Shown here piece after piece: positions 1 through 11,672 of a stretch of 64,000 nucleotides of DNA. The notes under the pieces are model-generated. The model was not told where the DNA came from. It saw only the letters and a program-made list of their open reading frames with translations, and did not search any database. The stretch is from Camelus ferus. Lineage: Eukaryota. Made by a program: the position numbers and the translations under genes. Position 1 is the first letter of the stretch. Each line of letters opens with the position of its first letter. Location of the stretch: assembly GCF_009834535.1 (NCBI RefSeq), contig NC_045696.1, positions 54,686,001 to 54,750,000 on the forward strand, read 5' to 3'.

Positions 1-1092
1 TTTATGATACTGAACTGGGCTTTCAGGAAGAGATAATGACTAAGCAGTGAAGTTTTAAAGGGTATTTCAAGTGAGCTGAATTTAGTAAATAGAATCCAAA
101 TAGCCATGTTTGAGGCTATTCAAAAAATTAGCTAGGAATTTTAGATAGATTTTTTTTTAATTTCTTAATATCACATCACTCTTTCTTAGAGATTAGACTC
201 ATTGTCTAGTCCTCTCTGCCAGCATCCAGGCAGAGCTGTCACTGACTCTTTCCTTCCACTCCACTTCCGCTACTTTGGCCAGGACTGCCTGTGCGTTCCC
301 TGGGTGACACAGAAGGCTGGCTGAGATGTCACCCATGACAGGCCTAAGTGGCTAGTTTCAGACATCAGTCGCTAATACTGATCTCAGTGTCCCACATTTG
401 ATTGCTTGGATGATTAATAGGATTTTCATGACAGTTTTGTAGCATGTTTCTTCTTCTTGTCTTTCACTTTAATAAAAGCGGGATTACCTATCCTCATCAT
501 GCTGGGTCTAAAGAAGTAGTCAAGTTGACAAGAAAAAAAAAAGTGACACGTACTTTGAGAAGGGGGAAGACAGAGGAGCTTAAGTCAGCTTTTTTTTTTC
601 AGGGGCCAAAGTAGTGACTCTTGTTTTGCTGGACATGGGCCTTTCATTTTCTGCCTGTATTTGTATACCGAATGCCTCTGAGCATCAGCCTTTTTGTCTA
701 TGAAACGAGGCTAATAATACAAATGTAGCCCAGAGCAAAGCTATAAGGATGAATTAATAAAACATGACTGTTAAACCCACTGCAAACATGAAGCATGGTC
801 TGAAGCTACTTGGTTAGAAAGTAATAAAGTGAAGCCTTTGAAAGAACAGGGCAGAGCTGCAGCAGGCTCAGTGCCCCGGCACCTCTCCCTTGGAGCATTC
901 ACGTCAGGGGGACCTGCTTTGTATCCTCACCACAGAAATTGTTCCCAAACCCCAGACCAGGAGTGTCTCCCGTAAAGGCTCAATACTCACACAGGCCTCC
1001 CTATTCTTCCACTTGCACCTGCTGTTCTCCGATCGTTGGTGAATCTTAGTTGCTAGATTTTGATTCCATCCTTTCTCATAAAGATCTCTCAC

Positions 1093-1108
1093 CTTCCAAT
1101 TGTCTCAG
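1093..1108 (-). CDS. Candidate 16-nt exon (AETIG.), with an alternative distal donor giving 991-1108 and an in-frame stop
   Basis: Minus strand reads gaatttttattttcag|CTGAGACAATTGGAAG|gtgaga. A second donor TGT|gtgagt lies at 990-985. Confidence 0.5.
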
Positions 1109-2839
1109 CTGAAAATAAAAATTCTTTCTACAGTAGAAAGAATTCCCCAATCATGCTCTTCACTCAATAAAGCAGAAGGCCTTGATGCTGCTTCTCCCTC
1201 ACCTCCCTTGTGTCTATCTGCATGTGTCTCTCTGTCACATACACACACATGTGCATGCACATGTAGTGAGATTACAATGATTAACTGGGAACCATGTGAC
1301 AGGAGAGAATACCTTCTCCAAGAAGTGGATTCTGAAATACTCACTAACTTGGCTTGATTCAAAAATTCTGTAACGAATTAATAGAAATATTTACCACACA
1401 GGTTTCTCTGAAAAGCACTGTGCTAGCCGTAGTGTAGAACAAGGTCACAAGCCCCTTGCCCTCATAAGGCAGAGAGGTCCGTACATAAGTAACCATAACA
1501 TCAATGGATCCACGGTGCTGTCTCTGTCTAAGGGATACAAGCAAAGGGAGAGAGATTTCAGCTTGATACAAGAAAGGAAGGATAGATGAAAGGAAGTCTT
1601 ACGTCTGTAAAGGGACCTGCATAATCTCATCAGGACAATAAATGCTTCCATGTAAGTTATTTAAGTTAAACTTTCTGACTACTCTATGGTATAGCATTAT
1701 TATTCCAGATGTTAAAACTGACAATCAAAAAAGTAACTTTCCCCATTTGTCAGTGTCAGTGGTATAATATGAAGTTAAGAGCACATTCACAATATAAAAC
1801 CTGGGATTCTGTTGGTAGTTCCAAACATACTACTACTCATAACTATGCCAGCAATACCACATTGTATAAATTACCATATAGAGTATAAATCTTTGAGTGG
1901 ATTGGTGTGGATACCCTTAAATTGCTGGCACTATGTTAATCAACAGAGTTGTAGTGTCACTAAATGGCTACTTGGAAACATTTTCTAACAATAGTATGAC
2001 ATGAAGCAGGGTCACGACTTTTCTAATACATATCAGAAGAAGTAATTTAGTATGGCAGCATTCATGGACCAACAATAAAGGCAAGTGGCAAAGGCTCATT
2101 GAAAAACCTTGACCCATCACTGAACACCATTGTCAACAGCTGAATGTCATGGAACACAACTTTTCAAAGGATATGAAGCTAGAATGTATTACAGGAAAAA
2201 GCACAACATACACACTTTATAAGATAGGATTCAATGTTGAAGACAATCTGCCTTAGCCAAGATATAAGGTCAAGGGGTTAATGTCTATTTTTTAATATTA
2301 TTTGATTAGCTTAATTTTCCATTAAATATCAAATCAGCAGCCTACTATCTATTTCAGAGCAGACAGGGCATCTGACATTCTTAGCAGCTGTGATTTTTCC
2401 CTAAGGGTTTAATGGGTTTGTGTAATATTTGTACAAAGTAATATTATCATTATCATAAATGTTTTCTAATTATTTCTTGGGATTAATGGAAGCATGTTGT
2501 ATTATTGATGGATTCAGTACAATATTTATAAAACAGTGATAGGATTAAAGGAAATAAATATGTATATCTTTCTGCATATGTAAATAATAAATATTAATTT
2601 CCATCATCAATTCTGTGCAAAGTGGTTTAGTACATACTAGTAACTACTAAACAGTTCAGTTATCTGTTGTGGATTTGAGGTATGTTTATCTGCAAGCTGA
2701 AGGACTTTGGTAAAGCCCTTGAAGATTGCAGAAAGGACAAGGATATGGAAAATGAACCCAAGAAATAATCAAAGTGTGTTGGATTTTCAGAAAATCAACA
2801 AAATGTAACCAATAAAATTCCAAGGAGGAGGAAACTTAC

Positions 2840-2845
2840 CAACTT
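2840..2845 (-). CDS. Candidate 6-nt microexon AAGTTG (E-V in phase 1)
   Basis: Minus strand reads ctttgttgtttttctgtttttgatag|AAGTTG|gtaagt: long U-rich tract, consensus GTAAGT donor, frame-preserving length. Confidence 0.5.
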
Positions 2846-4734
2846 CTATCAAAAACAGAAAAACAACAAAGTTCCATGGGCTATCATAAACTCACAAAGA
2901 GAATATCCATGTGTATACAGTTGTTGGTTCATGCATGTATATTATTTATGCTAGAGTGCCTCTTCAGCGTCATCCTATTGCTTTTTGACTTGTGCATGCA
3001 TGTTTTTTTCTCTGACCCATTTGGTTGTGTAAGCTCCCTGCATATAGCAATAAAGCATCTATGTGACAGACTGTAAACCAACAAGGATTGGAAGATAGAA
3101 GATTTGGCTTGGAATTCAGACCGTGACTTACCAGCTGAGAGATGTTAGGAGACAGTAATGGTGTGCATCACTAGTTCTTTCTCTTACTATCATTTTCAAT
3201 AACTAGGTCAATCCTTTACTGCAACCAAGGACTTGGTTTTGATATAAATGCAAAGCAATTTCTCCTCCAGAACTGAAAAGCGTAACACATTTTAAGGCTA
3301 AGATATGAACCACTCAAGAAACATATGTTTGCTGATGAGGTTTTAAAGAAATTACATCAGTGAACTGATGGAAGTCACGTAAACAAATAGATTCATAAGA
3401 GACTACAGAAAAGATGATACAGTTTTAAATTGCATTGCCATTTCCGGTAGATAGATAGAGAAAGCTGTTTTCCCTTTGGATTAATGTATTCTAAGTTAAG
3501 AGACAATGGTTTAGGAATTTAAAAAACAGGAAAGCTCTGGTCTTTCTATTCTAGTCTATGAATAAATATGAGTCTGAGTGGTATAACCTTCTGAATTTCT
3601 CATTTGATTAACTTGATCAATTTAATTTCTGTTTTAAATAAGCCTGTTTCTAACACACTATTACCTTTTCCTATGGGCAAAGTTATTGTCAATAACCCTT
3701 ATGGTTCATTATCCTAGTCTTAATAGATTTGTTAAGAATGGAATAACATCAGCTAAGGAGAAATCATTTACAAAATCAGATTGTGAAGTCTTAGTCTCAG
3801 CATCCAGGCTTATTTTTCCAAGGAAGTAATCCAGGCAGTGTGGACTTTTCAGAAGTTTGCCAGGGTGACAGTTGGCTGTATAATGACATGCACAGATGTT
3901 ATGAATACAGGAGGCATCTCTGGATCACCCCAGAAGTCTGAGCCTTCACCCTAGGCATCCCTAAGGTGCAAGAAAACTTTTCAAATCTTCACCTGTTTCA
4001 GAGGACACAGAATGCCCCCGGATCCCAAGTTGGCTCAAGCATCTGTTCTTACTGCATTGCACCAGAGCTAACATCACGAAAACTACTATGCTGCCTGAAC
4101 AACATGACAATAAATACTGTTCCTTAATGTAAATGAATTTGCATAAACCTGTCCAAGCAAGAAATGACCATGTATTCTTTTAATCACTTATGCTTTTTGC
4201 TGTTTCTGGAAAGGTTCAGGTTAGTGTCATATTTTTTCTAAGCAATTTTAGGCCAAGTAGGTATTTCCAATCTCATTCAGTCCACAAAAGTTATTTCTAA
4301 TCAGCTATTTGTTTTCTATGGCCACTCAAATTGAGAATAAAGGCACTATCGAAGCACAGAAGATTCCTGGTTAACTGGTACCCAGGCAACAGGAGTGATG
4401 AAAACAGGTACAAATCAAGTTCAAGAGGCAGAAAATACAGCAATCTGGGCTGCTGAAGATGGTCAGATGAATTGTGTGTAAGTTGCCTTTTGGAAATGTT
4501 ATTCATCACCACAGTCAGACTTAATCGGTCTTTGTCAAATTTAAGAAATAAGAGTTAGGCCTTATTATCCATAGGCAAGGTCATTTACTCTCCAAATTTA
4601 GAGAAATCTTAGCTGAGAGTGCATGTTAGCTTAACAGACATTATTAGAAAAGGAATATGATCCTATAAGTAAATGTCCACAAAGATTTTAAGTAATTCTA
4701 TGAATATACCATTATATTAACATACAGCTGAGAA

Positions 4735-4878
4735 CAGTGGTATGGTATGAGTATGGTCCTCAAACCAGCAACATCAGCATCACCTGAGAACTTGTTGGAA
4801 ACAAAAATTCTTAGACTCTATCTCACACTTCTTTAATCCAAAACACTAGAGGTGGAGTCCAGCAACCTGCCTTTAATG
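4735..4878 (+). mobile_element. MER5A-like hAT-Charlie MITE (partial)
   Basis: CCAGCAACATCAGCATCACCTGAGAACTTGTTGGAAA...GTGGAGTCCAGCAACCTG. Confidence 0.8.
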
Positions 4879-6317
4879 AAGAGCAACACAGAGAAAATTA
4901 TGTCCCTAAATTCTAATCAAAAGCATATTTATTCCAGGCTAGTTCCATATAGAAATTAATTTAACCTGCAGTTCACTGGAAAATTAAGCTAATTCTAATA
5001 TTCTAGTCCTTGATCATACCTGTTGATTAAATTATTGTAGTTATTTTCCTCAACTACAATATTTAGAAATTTATTAATATTTAGAATACCATCTGTTTTG
5101 GATTCAGTGGTTTAATTGTGACTACAACTGTAGTAAAATATTTTAAATAACAAGAATATAAGACAGGTGCTTTAATGTATCTATGTACCTAAGCCCCAGG
5201 CAACATACTGATTTTTATGTATCTTTCAGGATTTGCATCAAAGAATAAAAGACAGTGTTAAAATTATACAGTATCAGATGAACTATACAAGAATATTTAG
5301 GATCTGGTGTGACTTGAGAATAGAATATGAAATCTTTGCTTTTAGAAGTCTCCTGTGGAATTGAGGTGGAGAACTGCATGGCAGAATAATATTCTCACTT
5401 CTCTTGGGAGTTTAAATTCTTCTGAGCAGCTCAGAACTCCTGTAGAGACTACCTGACACTTTCATTTTCCTTCCCATCTTTCTCTTCTAATTGCCCTTGG
5501 CCAAATCCAAAACCACAGGGGCATAAAAAACTTCCCACCCCCTCAATGAATGATTTCTAAGTCATAGATAACTGTGTTCTGAATTTCACAGTGATGGAGC
5601 AGAAAATTGCAGAAGGTACAAAGTAAAGGATGAAAAGGACTCATTCAGAAGCTGACAGCTGGTAAAGAGCAGAGATGAAACAATTAGGGACAAGCCAGTC
5701 AGATCTGGAACTGAAGAAAGTAGAGAACTAGGCACGCAGTAACAAGGTCGTCAGAATTAGTCAGGTCAGCAGCCAAAGGAAACAGGAAATGGAAAGGTCA
5801 AGGATTGATTAGGGAGGAAGGAAACTATGCCACTTCCTTTAAATCCCATTGCAAGCCCTTTTCTCAGGATTCTAAGTTAGGTCATGTACTAGACGCTGGC
5901 AAGTCAATGAATCTACACTTTAATTCATGTACTAAACTTTATAATCCAGTACACTAAGGTGCTACTCAGCGCCTGGCTACCTTTATACCCTTGACTTGTA
6001 CAATGCAGTGGTTATCTTAAAGTACCTCATTTTGCTCAGATCACCTCTCTTCTTCCTCCTATTTAGGAAGCAAATACAAGATGTCAGCTCACAAATTTGG
6101 CCTGGAAAGAAATCCACCTTGGCTTGCTTTTTACCAGGTTATAAGTGACAAAAGTGAGAAACTAATGGGATGGTCTGTTCTTCCATCCTCTGCATATCCT
6201 GGACACCAGGGAAAGAGTTCAGGCCGTCACGGCTGACCCTTCTCAGCCCTCAATCAAGATAGTATAGACAAACGATAAGCGATTAATCAGATATCAAATG
6301 GTCAATCTTATCTGGCT

Positions 6318-6366
6318 ATCTTAATGACTAAAACAAGGGGAAATTAGTTCTTTTAGTCACTAAGAT
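6318..6366. repeat. 16-bp inverted repeat (hairpin)
   Basis: ATCTTAATGACTAAAA-(17 nt)-TTTTAGTCACTAAGAT, with one mismatch. Confidence 0.85.
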
Positions 6367-6479
6367 CACAAAATCCGATCATTCACTCTAGAAGTGATGG
6401 ATGGACTCTGAATCCCTAACTCAATTTAAAAACAAATAGTTAATAGAAGACACATACCTTAAAACTCACCATATTAATC

Positions 6480-6674
6480 TTTTTTTTTCTTTTGTCAAAT
6501 AACCCTTTATTGAATCATTTTTCCTTGTAGTTCTTAACTCTCTGGGCATTCCACCATATCACTGTTGTCATCTATGATGTCATGAGGGTGGCAGCCATCA
6601 ACACTGCAGTCTGCAGACTGGGCAGTCCCCAGGATCTCTTTAATGGTTTCAGAGAGTTCTCTAAATAAAGATCA
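6480..6674 (-). pseudogene. RPL12: Processed pseudogene: 5'-truncated 3' fragment of ribosomal protein L12 (uL11) mRNA
   Basis: Minus strand translates [45 protein letters not shown], against the RPL12 C-terminus [50 protein letters not shown] is at 6536-6534, AATAAA at 6511-6506, followed by an A-tail. Confidence 0.95.
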
Positions 6675-8035
6675 TTTTTAAATGTACTGTCAAATATTTT
6701 GAAATAAAATTTAAATAAAAATAAACCCCACATAGTTACAGCATGTAGCCCTAACCCAGTTCAAGATAATTAAAGTTGAAGGCAGCCTCAGATATAACCC
6801 TTATAGGTACTCACAGGTCCATATCCAGAAAGGGAGAAAGATCCAGAGATGTTCAACACTTTGCCCAAAGGTCACACAACCAGTGACAAAATCAAAACTA
6901 GACCCAAGCTCATTTGCAAGCCAGTTCTCTTTCCTTTTTAGTCAGTCTGAGTCAGGACAGCACAAAATGAAGCAATATGGCAATTATCTGATAAATTTGA
7001 TGGATGTGTATGGACAAACAGGGATAATTATGGCCAGAAAATCCAATTTAGATCCTCAATTACCTAGATTGACTGTCTACATTGACCAAATAAACTGGAT
7101 AATGGCCAAAAATGCACTCTACCTTGTGCTGTGCACCCGTAGCCTGAGAAGCACTTCATTGTGTTTGTGAGATTAATAGGAACACACACAACACTGAGAT
7201 AACTAAAAGTACCAATGTGAATGGATGCATCTTCCACCAATGAATGGATCTGCAAGTTACCCCACATCTCTTCTATTGACAAGTCAAGTGAAAACGATAG
7301 AAGAACTAAATGCAAACACGTTACAGAATTTCTCTGAGGAAAGCAATCACGCTGCCTCAGTCCAGATCCTTTGTTTCATCGAGATTATTATTCCTCCAAA
7401 TGAATCAGCTATAATTAGGTCCAAGCTGTAAGACGAAAAGACTACAAAGGCCTCCTACCAAAAAGCCTCAATAAATCTAGGTCATTCTTGACTGTATTCG
7501 AAAAATCACATAGGTCTCTGTTGTGAATGTAAGATAAACATTACACTTAGAATGTTTGGTTGTGGGGAAGCATTTGAGGAAAGGGGCTCTCCATCAATGT
7601 CTGTAAAAACTTTCCTGCGAGATGTCATGTTTTAAAACAAGAATTCTGCCATTCAAATTTAGAGTGATTTGCCTGTGCAAAGTTTCAACAAGAAAAAAAA
7701 TGTATCAAAAGTAAGATGTTTCTCTCCAATTTTAAGAATAAATAGGTTCAGAACTTTTTGTGCCGACATCAGGAACACAAATGACTGTGCATCATGATTA
7801 GAGGCTGAGAAGAGAAGCCAGGGGAAAGATGAATCAAAAAGCAAGATACAATTTGGTGCAGTGCAAACAGTATTGGACTGGGAGTCACAAAACTGGGTTT
7901 TACATCTCCATTTGGCAGGAAACAGCTAGGTTATATGAGACAATTCACCTTCTCTCTGGACTTTTGTTCCCTTATCTCTAAAATGTGAAAGCTGACTAGA
8001 TTAGTTTCCAGTTTTACCTCTCTGTGACTTTAAGC

Positions 8036-8258
8036 CAGGGATTAGCAAACTAAGGATGATGGTCCAAATATAGACCACCACCTGTTTTTGTAAATAAAGT
8101 TTGATTAGAGCACAGCCATGCTCCTTCATTTACATATTGCCTGTGGCAGCTTTCATGCCACAAAAGCAGAACTGGATAATTGCAACAGAGACTGGGTGGC
8201 CCACAAAGCCCAAAATACTTACTAATCTGGCCCTTTACATAGAGTCTGCTCATCTGTG
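8036..8258 (+). mobile_element. MER58A-like hAT-Charlie MITE with 8-bp TSD
   Basis: CAGGG...GCAAACTA...CCACCACCTGTTTTTGTAAATAAAGTTT...CCCACAAAGCC...TGGCCCTTTACA. TSD CTTTAAGC (8028-35) / CTCTAAGC (8259-66). Confidence 0.9.
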
Positions 8259-9214
8259 CTCTAAGCCATTGACAGTGTTTCTGACAAAAGAGGATACCTT
8301 GGCAACACTGCTAAGCCAAGTCCATATTTCAGTTTATACCCATTTCAAAGGTGGATTTTTATTCATCTCTGCCTAAGGCCATGAGGAGTAACATCCTTTG
8401 TGTGATGATATTTTGTTGTCCTTTTACAGCCTGGCCACTGGATGCACTGGTCTTTCACTATAACGTCAATACCTAAGTGACATCAGTTAATAGGGGCGTT
8501 GTCTGAAGGTAGGGTTGATGTAGGTCATTAAAATTTTATTCAAAACTAGCCAGTTCCTGGGTCAGGAGGAAATCCTCCCCCATCTAAGAAAGGACAGTAA
8601 GTCAAGAGATTGACACTGAATGAGGGAGAGAAAAGGAATGGTTGTTGAATATCTGTAAAGTCAAAAAAAAAAAAAAAAAAAGAGTATGCATCTAAGACAG
8701 TAGTGTAACTCATATAACTTTCTTCTTGAGCATCACAATTCATGTTGAAGCTGAAAATCTACATCCAAATTAGTAAGTAAAGAATTGTTGCAGACTCTGA
8801 AATTACCTGGATGCCTTAAAACTCAAATGATGCAAAGGAAGGAAACTCATACATGCTCCTTCTTATCCAATCTCACTTCTCATAAAACCTCACTATTAAT
8901 GCGGAAGCCCCTCAGAGCAACATCAAGAGAGGCCACCAGTGCAGCCTTATCTAGATGCTGCATTTCTCTGTTATCCAAGGACACGCCTGGCTCTTCTTGC
9001 AGAATCCTATCAGAATTTGTGTCTTCAGCAATCTTTCTGCTCACTGCCATACTGAGACCCTAGAGAATACTTCCCCTGGAAAATTCAAGACGCTGGCAAG
9101 GATATCCAAGAGTCAACTCTCCACTGAATTAGTAATTGTAGAATTGTTTTAAGGAATTCATAGGAGCTGCATACAGCCTTGAAACATACTCCACTGCTGG
9201 TACCTGTGGAGCCA

Positions 9215-9640
9215 ACATGATGAAGTGGAATAAAAGTGGGACTTGGGGTCAATCACTCTTGATTTACAATCTTGGTTCTGTCATTTTCTTACGGTATGAA
9301 CTTAGTTGCCTAAAGCCTCTGAACTGATTCTAGCCAATCAAACGGAGCCAAAATGTTTCCCTTACAAGAGTATTCAAATCTCTTAGAACCGTGTACAACT
9401 GTTTTAAATATCTGCTGTTATCTTTTGAGTCACCACTAGGTGCAAATACATTAACTCATTTAATCCTCAAATATCTTTCTCAAGATTGGAACCATTAATT
9501 TCATTTTACAGAGAAGGAAACCAAAGGCTAGCCAAGTTAAGAAATGTGTCAATTGTCACACTGCTATTAAATGACACAATAGGCATTTGAGTCCAGGCCT
9601 GAATCCAAAGCCTATGTTACTCCCTCAAATCCAGTGTCTT
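9215..9640. mobile_element. Two MIR SINEs in opposite orientation
   Basis: MIR core on + (GGACTTGGGGTCA...) and on - (ATTTAATCCTCA...CATTTTACAGAGAAGGAAACCAAAGGCT...GTCACAC). Confidence 0.75.
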
Positions 9641-11464
9641 CCAATGGTGATTTTTTTCTGTCTACCAATGGGCTGTAATATTAACTGGGGTACAGAGTAT
9701 GGAGCACCTGAGCCTTACCATTCAGAAATCATCTGCCTACACACCATCCAAAAGGCTATGCTCCAAGACCCTAATCCCAGTACTCCTTGCCTGCCATATG
9801 CCTTGATCCAAGGACAAAGGCTGGACAACTGACTCCACTTCCTACTTAGCTTTGAGCTTTTCCCTTTATCTCAGTTCATTCAGCTGAGTGTATATAATCT
9901 ACTTAGTCCATGCTATTCATCATCTTCCCCCTTGCCCAAAACAAACCGAGGGGTACATATCAACATCTCTCAATCCTTTGGAGGAATTTGGCCATAACTA
10001 AGAACGCCTAAGAGTAAGGAGATGCCATCTCCATGGATGAGCTGTTGCCAGGGCTTCCCCCACCAGATTTCATGCTCATCATGTTGCACCAATATGTCAT
10101 GCCCATTCTAAGATTTAAGTCCCAAATGCACAATAAAGACCATAGTGAGAGCCAGGCTTGGTGAGCAGTCACCTCCCTTCCTCTCCTCCTTCTCTCCCTG
10201 ACCATGCTGCTCACTTCCCCAGCCTGCCTCCCTCCAGGGTCTGCTCAAGGTCTGGAGTGCTCTGTGAGGAGCCAGGTGTTCTGAACAAGCAACTAGTTGT
10301 GAACTCAGTTACCCAACACACATAGATAACCATGACCTAGCCAAGGAGCTTCTGCACATTTGGTCAGGGAAGCACCCACTCCAAACCCAGGCTTCTGTAC
10401 ACATCTGATGGAGAGAGAACTGAAAATCAAGAAGAGGAAGAACTGCTGTGTGGACCTTTAACAGTGTGATTTTATGTAAGTACTCTGTTATTTGTCCAAG
10501 GGCATGTTTGCTTTGGCTAAACAAAGGGGATATGAAAAATCTTTGCTTAAAAACTTGTATGTTTCCTCTGCAAAGCCTGTTTCAATACTTCATTCTAAGA
10601 TGTTCCTTTATAACTTAGTGTAATTTGCTGTAGTTCATCATAAATGGCTCTAAAATCCCACAGGCAGGGTGCAAAGGAGAAACTGGAAATCATGGAAAAA
10701 CTGAATGAGGAAGATGAAGGGGTTTCTCTCCTTCCCTTCTCACCAGCCTAACTCATATTCCTTATGTCTTTGAAGTATACATAGCAGCAGTAAACCAAAA
10801 TATAGGAAAACATCACCCATTGTTGGCTGTCGATTCTGTCTGTTTATACTAGAAGCTTTAAATCTGGATTATAAATCAAAAACCCCTATAGTATAAAGCT
10901 TTAAGTGAATTAAGAAACTTCCAACCATGTGAAATACATGAACCTGTTTTCTAAAATATTAAAAATTGCATTGTCCAATCATTCCTCTTCAAATATATGG
11001 ATTCTCTCATGAATATACTAATTCTTCTACCTTACATTAGAGCCATTTGTAAACATAACATCTCAACTATTAGACTGTTAGCACTGAGTATAGAGTCTAT
11101 GTCAGATAAAGTATTTTCTCCCCAGGACCCAGTGCAGTAGTTGATACACAGTAGGTCCTAAAGGTGGGGGAAAGAAGACTGTGACAGAGATTCTCAGTCT
11201 TCAGGAGATATGTGTTTACACTTTCATGATAGAGATATGTCACTAGAGAGTGGCTGACACCCAGGTACTCTGTTCTCAGGTGTATCCCTGACAAATTTTA
11301 ATTATGTCAAGCTATTGAAATGTGTCTATTTGCTACAGCAACTTGAGTAACCCTAATACAATTAACACACAGTTGAATTAATTAATTGGCTAATTAATAT
11401 CTAAATGATATTAATATCTGATATTAAAAATTAACTTCTGATTATGTAAGTAAGGGAATGAAGA

Positions 11465-11672
11465 TGGAATCAGATTTATAACAAAGCCAATGAAGCTTAT
11501 ATTTTAGGGCCCTTCACTAGCACAGCCCCCTTCCAAGATCCTGGAATAGGCCTAACAACATGTTCACAGTTTTTGTAAATTTTTCAAAAGCAATTTTTAA
11601 AATTATTCTTCTTGGGAACAGATCCCAAAATTATGAAGACTTCAGGGTCCACAAAAACTGACTCTGTCCCTG
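11465..11672. mobile_element. MER53/Zaphod-like hAT MITE
   Basis: AAGCCAATGAAGCTTA...GGGCCCTTCACTAGCACAGCCCCCTTCCAAG...CTTCAGGGTCCACAAAAACTG...CCCTG. Confidence 0.7.

Noticed and set aside
1930..2200. Possible second L3/CR1 remnant
   Set aside because: The similarity is too degraded to support without an HMM search.
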